This document shows, piece after piece, positions 9,801 to 17,139 of a stretch of DNA of 32,000 nt (its first letter is position 1; every line of letters starts with the position of its first letter). The stretch lies in NCBI RefSeq assembly GCF_000172995.2, contig NC_014731.1, positions 307,011 through 339,010 on the forward strand, in the 5' to 3' direction. This DNA is from Halogeometricum borinquense DSM 11551 (lineage in GTDB: Archaea; Halobacteriota; Halobacteria; Halobacteriales; Haloferacaceae). A program made the translations under genes and the position numbers. The notes under the pieces are model-generated. The model was given only the letters and a program-made list of their open reading frames with translations, was not told the origin of the DNA and made no database searches.

Positions 9801-10112
9801 GGGACGGAAGCAGGCGGTACCAATCAAAAATCCACGACCGAAGTGACGGCAACGAGTGATCCCTCGGCAACGTACTCGAAAATCTACTTTGGAGATGGTT
9901 CAAACCTCTCCAACTGGACTCCCATTAGGACCGATATCGCCGAGAACGAAATCATCCCTATCGTGCGTGAACACACAGTAGATGAAGAGAGCGGTACGGA
10001 GTACATCCAACTCAACTTCGCCAAGGAACTCTCAGTCAGTGGTTGGACAAAAGTCGATGCAGAGATTGTCCATACGCAAATCGAGCCGATAGCAAAACGG
10101 GCGAGGAAGTAG
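6834..10112 (+). CDS. XPD/Rad3/DinG-family SF2 DNA helicase (Fe-S cysteines absent) with C-terminal extension
   Basis: 1092-aa ORF. Motifs are FEGACGTGKTLAAV (Walker A), IVAVDEGHQIEE (DEAH-box variant), ICPHEAMAM...VVLGNYYHLFDP, VLMSATLQP, FTSSRGTITEGVDYDG, QAFGRVIRGSDEAGFRLLVDERY. An acidic linker and a ~90-aa terminal domain follow residue ~920. Confidence 0.9.
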   Translation: MPMPPSDDQNTGDSPHVPPWISDGETADPDIINVDSKHDSTESPDSLTRGVGPVTVSDLDRTWAPYFRYDSVYQDQIDAVDTFLELLSENGYYVFEGACGTGKTLAAVTGGIHAIRDQSTLTKTLDNVSGDFPDYSRLFVVTPLKQQLHQFVREMKGINASLPEAKAPVSTVVIRGRTDMMPYAYVDFPPFDRHGVGEKMDDLREMTRKLIKFDSDIPLDWPGDMSPPDFSKVDYNWEEASLTAEDHRERFRYDPVRAEAVTRIVKDMDPRGDESFDRLTVNGVETPYPDLVPHTNDVVDTDVLQRRGTGQLSVGLQGKFDPFYAGAFMEDGLPFDFHHADHHVFDQETLFQTAASRGICPHEAMAMLAGRAEVVLGNYYHLFDPQTRLLTDDKIGLLDSETIVAVDEGHQIEERVRDMLSMSLDIYTLDRAINDIEITRNYAVGDLAKTPTPNLNTSDARLAESLADSALDTVGNYSVTPEDLAEVEQLLRFAKQKLTVYGSDAVSERYQDISWQDAVERWGADPIENALSDPECPDESDEFLTDAIAEDDFDTRSFFKVYPAMLGTKFVFEALEEAGIHDRTPQGVEVGKFFKRWAAEGTVEYHREVVLDDRRKETIPTEFPDWVKAWTPKFQLFNCIPRDELQAVFGELGGGVLMSATLQPEEVYTEAVGINDIPFPTEDEEDDDAEETDVVTKPSAGTSHDNSDIRPTAFEQYPLRFPQENRVSLIADLPKFTNRNRGKRTTDPRQMKPVRKQYADLIEQAIAGRGNILVAMPNYREAEWAYNYLKKQGSSKRFHLDQSSSALETDETLESFFADGDAVIFTSSRGTITEGVDYDGEKLHGCVAVGIPLLPTNSKRIDAVIEAYDERIGVKSGFETALMIPAVRKVRQAFGRVIRGSDEAGFRLLVDERYGSTGWDGVNEYLSEQEREEFQTADPEFISQMISTFWDDVDEREREREAEDDPKKSDIETTRTTAPTDDIVQKSAVGTEAGGTNQKSTTEVTATSDPSATYSKIYFGDGSNLSNWTPIRTDIAENEIIPIVREHTVDEESGTEYIQLNFAKELSVSGWTKVDAEIVHTQIEPIAKRARK

Positions 10113-10360
10113 CAGATCAGGGTTCACCCATAGAAAAATCCGGTTCTGTAGTTTCGCTAGACCGAGACGCCGCACCTGCAATAAGATAACAGCCAATGAA
10201 CTGCATTGGAGAACTGCAGTTCTGTATTGTTAATCTGTGAAGGGATTAGAACTGATGAACGGGCTTCACGCGGAACGTATCTGGGTCAGCGTTCGGCGTC
10301 GTGGGCACCGTCCGGAAGAAACGCTGTCTGAGAATGAGAGTAGATCGCGAAAGAAGCATA

Positions 10361-11941
10361 CTATCCGTCTTCAGAATCGGTGATTACCTCCGTATATCCG
10401 AGCTTGATGTGGCGCCATTCGAGGTGTTTCGCATCCTGTTCGGCGGCCTTGAGCTTGGCTTGGTTCGCGAGCGCCTCTAGGTCAGCACCCGACCAGCCGT
10501 CAGTATGTTCCGCAAGACGCTTGACATGGTCTTCCGTCAATTTGTGTGGAACGTCCAGTACGGTCAGCTTGAGGATCTCTGTCCGTGCTTTGATGTCGGG
10601 GAGTCCGATCTCGAACTCACAGTCAATACGACCAGGACGAAGGATTGCTTCGTCCATCCCATCCCGCTGGTTCGTCGTCAGCAGCAGGATGAAATCCTGC
10701 TCCTCCTTGGTGAGCGCAGAGAGGAACATATTCGTGACCTTCTGATCCTCCGCGTGTGCGTTCTCACCCCGCGTGCGGTCGCTCAGTAGCTGTTCAGCCT
10801 CGTCGATGAAGACGACGCCGCCGAGGTGCTGCGCTTCCTCGAACAGCCGCTTGATGAGCTGTGGGCTCTTGTTAATGTACTCGTGGGTGAGGTCAGCCTG
10901 CGTCAGTTCGACGAAAGGCCGGTCAAGAGCGTTCGCGATCGCCCGAGCGAATAGCGTCTTCCCCGTCCCCGGCGGGCCTTGGAACAGGAGGCCACGCGAC
11001 GGCTCCACGTCGAACCGATCGTAGCTCTCGCTGTCCGACTGTAGCGGATTGATGACCTGACTGGAGAGTTCCTCCTTGACGTCGTTGTAGCCACCGATGT
11101 CTTCGAACCGAACCTCCGGTGGCTCCTCCCAGGGATACGCGAATGATTCTATCCCGGTGTCCTCATCGTCCTCATCGCCCTCGTCAAGGTACTCTTCGGT
11201 GCTGTCGGCGTCTTCTTCCGTCAAGGCTTCTTCCGCGTTCTGCTGGACTATTTTCACCAATTTCTCTTTGTCAATATCGGGCTCCGGATCACTCTCGGCA
11301 GGATTGATCGAGTGGTTGTGGTTCGATTGCTCCGCCTCCGACTTGTCGTTCGATTCAGTCGGTTGACTGGCCGGCGTGTCAGATCCAGTCTCTCCTACCG
11401 TGGAAGTGGAATCCGTTTGCCACTGGGTTTCACGATTCTTGGACTCAAATTCTGGGGAATACGTCCCGTATGGATGTTCTCCTCCGAAGGTTGCGTTTTC
11501 GTACTTTCTAGATCCGAAGGGGCTCGTATCCAGATACCTCTCAATTGGATTCCCGGTCATATGGGCGACGCATGCTGCGACTGCGGTCGCGATACCCGCG
11601 CTGGCGAACACCTCAGTATTGCCAGTCCCATTGATCCATTCGACAGGGGAATATCCTAGGGTAATCCCGTGGAGAGTAACGATTCCGACCGCGAAAGCGC
11701 CAGCAACGATGCCCGTGTGAATGGGCTCCCAGAGATCCACATGCAGGTGGATCAACGCGCTGAGAATGACCACTACCAATAGTAGCGCCGGAGCGTTTGT
11801 CATGCTGCCGAACGCAACCAGCAGTACGATCTGCAAGGTCATTCTCTTGAAGGGAAGCCGTTCTTCTTCTTCCCAGTAATAAAACCACGTCAGGCTCATC
11901 CAGATGTAGGCGATGGCAAATAGCAGTAAGCTAAGACTCAT
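10361..11941 (-). CDS. membrane-anchored AAA+ ATPase (classic AAA clade, no protease domain)
   Basis: The N-terminal ~135 aa hold 4-5 hydrophobic helices, followed by an acidic linker. The AAA module has GLLFQGPPGTGKTLFARAIANAL (Walker A), GGVVFIDEAEQLL (Walker B) and LLLTTNQRDGMDEAILRPGRIDCEFEIGLPD (sensor/Arg finger). Confidence 0.9.
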   Translation of the reverse strand: MSLSLLLFAIAYIWMSLTWFYYWEEEERLPFKRMTLQIVLLVAFGSMTNAPALLLVVVILSALIHLHVDLWEPIHTGIVAGAFAVGIVTLHGITLGYSPVEWINGTGNTEVFASAGIATAVAACVAHMTGNPIERYLDTSPFGSRKYENATFGGEHPYGTYSPEFESKNRETQWQTDSTSTVGETGSDTPASQPTESNDKSEAEQSNHNHSINPAESDPEPDIDKEKLVKIVQQNAEEALTEEDADSTEEYLDEGDEDDEDTGIESFAYPWEEPPEVRFEDIGGYNDVKEELSSQVINPLQSDSESYDRFDVEPSRGLLFQGPPGTGKTLFARAIANALDRPFVELTQADLTHEYINKSPQLIKRLFEEAQHLGGVVFIDEAEQLLSDRTRGENAHAEDQKVTNMFLSALTKEEQDFILLLTTNQRDGMDEAILRPGRIDCEFEIGLPDIKARTEILKLTVLDVPHKLTEDHVKRLAEHTDGWSGADLEALANQAKLKAAEQDAKHLEWRHIKLGYTEVITDSEDG

Positions 11942-12379
11942 GCTGTGTTCCTCCTTGAGTCGGGTGAACGGGAGAGAAGCCCAGCGCTCGGGCCGCAGGT
12001 GCGGGCACGCGCCGCCGGGAGTCGAGGTGGGCTTTCATCCGTTCTTACTACCTGTTTCTGAGATTTCAGTTATAAAGTTCCGCCTCTGAAAGGTAGATCG
12101 GAACTAGTACGGCGGCACGAACCGATGTTTGGAGAAGGAAGCCGAGAACGCGGCTACGAGTCACCGACTGCGAGTGTAACCGTTCGCAAAGCTGCGTCTT
12201 GGCTAACGCCATACACATCGACGAGGACGTTCGCGAGCTGGTCTCGAGATGGGTGCTCGCCGTTGTGCTCGTCCAGATAGTAGCTGATCGCTGGCCGGAC
12301 GCACCCACAAAGATACTCAGCTACGCCTCTATCTCTCTCCCGCGGAGTTGCGTAGCAAAAACAAACGAACAGCGACCGT

Positions 12380-13732
12380 CTACGCTCGACCGCTATTCCG
12401 CGCTAACTTGCGGCTCTGTCGAGCGATCTTGGAACCAGTTTTGATTCCGCGTTCAGTAAGCTGGCCGGCTTCAAGCAGGTCGGGGATGATGTAATCCTCA
12501 TAGGAGTCGATATCCATCCTGAGATCGTTCAGCCAGCGGGCTGGGAACGTCGAATCAGGCTTATGATCGACGCGGTAGAGACGCCATCCTGCACCAAATC
12601 GTGCTCCGACGATAGTGCCGGCGACAGCGCCGATCGTATCCGCATCACCGCCGTTGTTCACAGCGGAAACGATTGCGTCTTCGGCAGAGTCAGCGGTGAG
12701 GCCGTAGTAGAGCGCGGTCTCAAGCGTATCAAGGACGAATCCACTGTTCTCAAGGTCATCCTCACTGACCTCATCTGGAACCCGCTCCAGCCGTTCTACA
12801 AGTTCTGCGGGTGCGTCATCAGAGAGAGCCGTAAGAGCGACCTGCAGCGGTTCTTCTGAACCGTTGAGTATCGCTGCCAGCGTTAGGTTGAGGACCGCGC
12901 ATCCGTGCGTGCAACGCGGGTCTGCATGCGTGATTTCAGACGACTTCCGGCTCATCTCTTGGAGCATCTGTTGGTCGTCAGGGTACGCAATTGCGAGTGG
13001 AGCGCACCGCATTACACTCCCGTTCCCTGCAGCGTTGTTCGCACCACGAGATTCGAGCGTTTTGTGCCCGGCTTCACTAGCCGGGACACCATTCTGAAGC
13101 CACGTGATGGAACTAATCGTCGTCACGCCGACGTCGAATGGGTCCGACTCGAACCACTCCACCAACTGTTCAGCGTACCGGGCAGCGTTGAACTCACCGT
13201 GCGCAAGGAGGTTCGCAACTAGATAGAGTGCAAGGTTCGTATCGTCAGTAACCGTCCCTGCCGGCTGGTTGTGGCTACCGTCCCCGAAGAACTTGGTAAC
13301 GGTCCCGTGTTCCGCTTCGATTTCACTCGAGGACATGAACTCAACAGGACGCCCGAGCGCATCGCCACATGCGAGACCGAGGATGATACCGATAGAACGG
13401 TCGAGTCGCGTAATCAGTTCTTGGTCGTCGACGTCCCGCCCGATCGTGTTGTCTGCAGTTGCTTCCAGCCCCCACGTGCGCCGGATCCGCTCGGCCTGGA
13501 GAGAGAGTTGGCGACTGGACTGGTGCTCAGACGGCGTTTCGAGGAGGTCGAACCCGGTCAGGTCGGTGTACCTCGTGACGAGCTCGTAGTCGGACTTGAA
13601 GGGATGAAGTTCGTAGAAGTGACCTTCCGTCGGTAACGGCTTATCCAGGTCGCTGTATGGGGCGTGATCGTAGTTGTTCCCCTTAGTAAACGGATTCTCC
13701 GGAGGCATTGTAACATCCGACTCATCTTCCAT
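12380..13732 (-). CDS. ADP-ribosylglycohydrolase (ARH/DraG family) with ~115-aa N-terminal extension
   Basis: Motifs are GLACGDALGRPVEF, TDDTNLALYL, GNGSVMRCAPLAIAY and NGGDADTIGAVAGTIVGARFG. The start is uncertain: MEDESD at 13732, or 13759, or 13708. Confidence 0.85.
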   Translation of the reverse strand: MEDESDVTMPPENPFTKGNNYDHAPYSDLDKPLPTEGHFYELHPFKSDYELVTRYTDLTGFDLLETPSEHQSSRQLSLQAERIRRTWGLEATADNTIGRDVDDQELITRLDRSIGIILGLACGDALGRPVEFMSSSEIEAEHGTVTKFFGDGSHNQPAGTVTDDTNLALYLVANLLAHGEFNAARYAEQLVEWFESDPFDVGVTTISSITWLQNGVPASEAGHKTLESRGANNAAGNGSVMRCAPLAIAYPDDQQMLQEMSRKSSEITHADPRCTHGCAVLNLTLAAILNGSEEPLQVALTALSDDAPAELVERLERVPDEVSEDDLENSGFVLDTLETALYYGLTADSAEDAIVSAVNNGGDADTIGAVAGTIVGARFGAGWRLYRVDHKPDSTFPARWLNDLRMDIDSYEDYIIPDLLEAGQLTERGIKTGSKIARQSRKLARNSGRA

Positions 13733-13894
13733 ACCGAATCGGTAGATGACACTACACAATAATTACCTAGCTCATCACGGGGATCACGGACTGCAGCCGT
13801 TGGCTCCCCTGACTGAGAGGAATGCTCTGATGGCATCGGGATGTCAAGCGTCGAGATTGGGGAGTGTGCGGTTGGGACACATGCCCCAGTCTAA

Positions 13895-14080
13895 TTATGC
13901 CTCGCGTTGCAAGAGGAGACTCACTGTCGCGCCACGCTTGTCAGTAATCGGAGCGACGACATCCCAGCCATCTGCCCCGAGTTCGTTCAGTCGCCCAACC
14001 GGCGGGTCAACGTTGCCACCGAGTCCAGCCACCATGACGCTGCTGTCGACTTCGACAGTCCGATATTCGTAAGAGGGCAT
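13895..14080 (-). CDS. DUF4177 domain protein
   Basis: MPSYEYRTVEVD...LNELGADGWDVVAPITDKRGATVSLLLQRE has the size and the Y-E-Y / GW-(D/E)-(V/L)-V pattern of DUF4177. Confidence 0.65.
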   Translation of the reverse strand: MPSYEYRTVEVDSSVMVAGLGGNVDPPVGRLNELGADGWDVVAPITDKRGATVSLLLQREA

Positions 14081-14236
14081 GCGCATGCTCTGATGACGAC
14101 CAGTAGCAAACCTCTTGTGATTTTCGCAGTGGTGGAGAGGTGCTGCTGCACCACTGATCGGTACTCCGCGTTCACGCGGAGGAGGATGTCAACTGGCTCG
14201 GGTACCGAAGGGCGATATGCAGTCGTTCGCTCAACC

Positions 14237-14953
14237 ATGGGGACTATCAAAAGAGAGTATGATGTACCAGTATCGAGTTCAAAAGAGGCTCATGACGTGA
14301 CTCGTAAACCGCTCCCCACCGAACATCTCTCACCACTCGCTACGCTCGTGGATGAAGTACTTGCATGCGTTGGGTACGAGATGGCGGCCGCCACCGACAT
14401 CATCGACGACGCTGTCCCCGGCTACGGCGGCCTCTTCGACCCTGCGACGACCCCCGGAGAGTTGCGACACGCGCTCGACAGCGTGCTGGCATCAGACCTC
14501 AGCCGGCCTCCCGCCCCTGAGTCGACGGACGACTCGTTCATCCTTTACGTCGATGGCGGTTCACGCGGCAACCCCGGCCCAGCGGGTGCAGGCGCGGTCA
14601 TCATGGACGCCACCGAAACCGAACTCGCCCGGCTCGGCCGTCCTGTCGGCTCCCGGACGGGGAACAACACCGCCGAGTACGTTGCCCTCCAACTGGGACT
14701 TTCCGAACTACTGGCTCGCTACGACCCCCGGAGCCTAGAAGTACGCATTGACTCGATGACGGTCATCAGGGACGCCTGGGATGACGACGACCCGACAGAG
14801 CCAGGCGTCGAGACGTACAGCGAGGCGATCGCCACGGCACTCTTGAGCGTTCCAGAACACCGGTACACGCATCTCGCGGATAGTGACCCAAACCCAGCCG
14901 ATGCGCTGGCGACAGTCGGGGCCGATATCGCAGCATTAGGACCCGGATCGTGA
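14237..14953 (+). CDS. rnhA: ribonuclease HI (type 1 RNase H) with N-terminal extension
   Basis: FILYVDGGSRGNPGPAGAGAVIMD, GNNTAEYVALQLGLSEL and VRIDSMTVI supply the DEDD-type RNase H core. The start is ambiguous (14237, 14186 or 14093). The ORF-track start at 13907 overlaps the opposite-strand DUF4177 gene and was rejected. Confidence 0.85.
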   Translation: MGTIKREYDVPVSSSKEAHDVTRKPLPTEHLSPLATLVDEVLACVGYEMAAATDIIDDAVPGYGGLFDPATTPGELRHALDSVLASDLSRPPAPESTDDSFILYVDGGSRGNPGPAGAGAVIMDATETELARLGRPVGSRTGNNTAEYVALQLGLSELLARYDPRSLEVRIDSMTVIRDAWDDDDPTEPGVETYSEAIATALLSVPEHRYTHLADSDPNPADALATVGADIAALGPGS

Positions 14954-15060
14954 ACCGCCTCGCTTATCTGTAGAGCTTCATCGCCCGAGACCCCAGACCG
15001 AGCGCATCGTCAAGACGAACGATTGGTATCCCGTCAGCCGCAATGTACGGACACACTCGA

Positions 15061-15774
15061 ATGGACTCGCTACTCACGATCGATGACGAGCTATGCACTG
15101 GAACCATCGTCGACCGGCCCAATCGGTTCGTCGTCCGCGTTCGGTTCGAAGACGAGCCAGAACGTGTCTTCCTCGGGGACCCTGGCGCGCTCGAAGGGAC
15201 GATCGAACCGGGACACGAGATTCTCTGTGCACCAGTCGACGATCCGGAGCGGGCGACAGACTACGACGCTATCGCCGTCCATGTTGACACCGTGTACGTG
15301 AGCGTTCGACCGGCGTTAGCGAACGACCTCTTCGAGCGCGCACTCGGCCGCAACGCGATTCCTGCGTTCGACGGATACACCTGCCGAAAACGAGAACCTG
15401 CGCTGCCCGACCACGGCCGGACGGATTTCCGTCTCGAGACACCGAGCGGCAACACCGCCTCCGTCGAAATCAAATCCTGCACCCACGTCGAAGACCGCAT
15501 CGCCAAGTTTCCAGATCGGCAGACTGAGCGTGGTCGGCGTCACCTCCGAAGCCTCGAAGCGCTCTGTGAAGACGGCCACGAGACGCATGTCGTGTTCGTG
15601 GTGCAGCGACCTGACGTCGAACGCTTCCGACCCTACCGAGATGTCGATCCGGAGTTCGCCGAACTACTCAGCCAGGTGCAGGAAACTGGGGTGGGCGTAC
15701 ACGCGATAACCACCTCGTTTAAGCCGCCCCACTACGTGCTTCGGAAAGACGATCTGCCCGTGGACATCGACTGA
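15061..15774 (+). CDS. sfsA: SfsA-family protein (sugar fermentation stimulation protein homolog, nuclease fold)
   Basis: GTIVDRPNRFVVRV at the N-terminus, then RTDFRLE...ASVEIKSCTHVED...FPDRQTERGRRHLRSL, characteristic of SfsA. The start could also be 15043. Confidence 0.85.
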   Translation: MDSLLTIDDELCTGTIVDRPNRFVVRVRFEDEPERVFLGDPGALEGTIEPGHEILCAPVDDPERATDYDAIAVHVDTVYVSVRPALANDLFERALGRNAIPAFDGYTCRKREPALPDHGRTDFRLETPSGNTASVEIKSCTHVEDRIAKFPDRQTERGRRHLRSLEALCEDGHETHVVFVVQRPDVERFRPYRDVDPEFAELLSQVQETGVGVHAITTSFKPPHYVLRKDDLPVDID

Positions 15775-15822
15775 CAGGCGTCAGCTCAAGGATTGAATAA
15801 CGGCCAGTCCGTATGTGTTCGT

Positions 15823-16155
15823 ATGGCAAAGCGATTCGTTCGAGCCCGGCCGAAGCGCGATCAACTCCCGGACCTGCGGGAGCGACTCGAGAGCGGTGAG
15901 ATCGAAGCGATGGAGCCGTTCGGCCGTGCGATGACGAAGGCGTTAGAGAACGCGCGATTCGACCCGGCGAGTGGAGAGGCGATTTGGATCGAGGAGGATT
16001 ACTGCGTTCCACCACTCGCGATGGAACGGGCAGAAGTCCTTGACGACTACTTCACAGAGATCACGATCGTCGAGGAGGATGTCGACGAAGCCGCCGGGTG
16101 GCAACAGATAGACGACCTGCCGGGGTTGTGGGAGCAGATACTCGACCAAGCCTAA
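15823..16155 (+). CDS. acidic hypothetical protein
   Basis: MAKRFVRARPKRDQLPDLRERLESGEIEAMEPFG... has GC-rich, halophile-type acidic composition and no recognisable motif. Confidence 0.55.
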   Translation: MAKRFVRARPKRDQLPDLRERLESGEIEAMEPFGRAMTKALENARFDPASGEAIWIEEDYCVPPLAMERAEVLDDYFTEITIVEEDVDEAAGWQQIDDLPGLWEQILDQA

Positions 16156-16338
16156 CGATGGTCGGACTGAGGCGTTTGCTATTCCGTCGGCAGACTGCGT
16201 CTGGCGGGCACTCAGAACGCAGATCGGTCTGGTGACGCCCTGTAGGGCGGGGAGAATGTCGAATGCAGCACCGACAACCCGTGTCCAACCACCGGGATAA
16301 TTGAGGCATTATATGACACAGGCACGTTGGTCACAATA

Positions 16339-16820
16339 ATGAGAACCGTTGAGTCAGCTGATATCAACGATTCCCGCCCGCTCGAGAAACTTCGAGCGGT
16401 TCTACAGGAACACTCGGTACAGTGTGCACCCTCTTCGGTTCCCACGCCACCGGAACGACACATCCAACAAGTGATACCGACATTGCAGTAGAGCTTGAGA
16501 CGACCGACCGTGAGGACCCCGCGTACAACGACGCATTCTTCGGTCTCAGTGCGGATCTGAGCGATGCGCTCGGAACGGATGACGTATACCTCGTCGACAT
16601 CCACACACTCTCACCAAGCGTTGCTGCGTCGGTGTTCGAAGCGGGAGTTCTACGTATCGGCGACGTAGCTCATGCTGAAGACCTTCGTCAACGTGTGACC
16701 AATACAGACGCTCCAGACCAGTCCCCACGCGAACGTTTCGACACTGCACTTGCAAAGATTGATGACCATCTCGGTGGGTCTGGCGTCACGGCAACAGATG
16801 GCAACGACCGTGAGCGATGA
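16339..16820 (+). pseudogene. minimal nucleotidyltransferase (MNT/Pol-beta superfamily), apparently frameshifted near 16415-16425
   Basis: From 16422 the frame reads CTLFGSHATGTTHPTSDTDIAVEL (GS-x9-D-x-D NTase motif). The expected N-terminal helix (MRTVESADINDSRPLEKLRAVLQEHSVQ) is encoded from ATG 16339 in a different frame. Confidence 0.6.
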
Positions 16821-16857
16821 CAGATTACATGTTGTTAGGGCGTCGTGTTAGGGGTAC

Positions 16858-17130
16858 ATGGAGCAGAATAGCAAGTATGGTGGGTGGGGAAAAATCTCAG
16901 ACATAGGTGTTGCTGTGTTTTGCTTGCTGGGAAGCGTTTTCATATTATTTATGTCGCACGCGCTAGCTAGTGCTGGAATCTTGACCATTGCAGGGATCGC
17001 TCTATTGCGACTTCGATCGCAGGATGTGCGTGACTGGACCGACGAGCACACAAGACTGTTCCAGTTGATTTTGGTCCTAATCGGTCTAGTTATGCTAGTT
17101 GATGTGTATCCTGTGGAAGCGCTTCCTTGA
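16858..17130 (+). CDS. small membrane protein (3 predicted TM helices)
   Basis: A 90-aa ORF in a short AT-richer stretch. Its hydrophobic segments are IGVAVFCLLGSVFILFM, ASAGILTIAGIALL and LFQLILVLIGLVMLV. Confidence 0.4.
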   Translation: MEQNSKYGGWGKISDIGVAVFCLLGSVFILFMSHALASAGILTIAGIALLRLRSQDVRDWTDEHTRLFQLILVLIGLVMLVDVYPVEALP

Positions 17131-17139
17131 GATTGTTAT

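Noticed and set aside
8739-9827. 362-aa minus-strand ORF inside the Rad3-like helicase gene
   Set aside because: It lies entirely antisense to a gene with clear helicase motifs. It is Arg/Leu/Ser-rich, lacks acidic character and has no motif.
10198-10222. 8-bp stem hairpin (GAACTGCA-n9-TGCAGTTC) between the convergent helicase and AAA genes, considered as a terminator
   Set aside because: Archaeal termination relies mainly on oligo-T tracts and no clear T-run follows. The hairpin alone is not enough evidence.
12066-12444. 80-aa minus-strand and 81-aa plus-strand ORFs between the AAA and ARH genes
   Set aside because: Both have non-halophilic, Ser/Thr/Arg-rich composition. The only protein-like frame here is the start-less HTH-like one reported as a finding.
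13907-14236. N-terminal 110 codons of the 348-aa ORF containing RNase HI
   Set aside because: This part overlaps the opposite-strand DUF4177 gene and has Cys/Arg-rich non-halophilic composition. RNase H homology begins far downstream, so an internal start was used.
16195-16222. Imperfect hairpin (CTGCGTCTG...CAGAACGCAG) after the 15823-16155 gene
   Set aside because: It is short and bulged, and there is no supporting conservation or T-tract.
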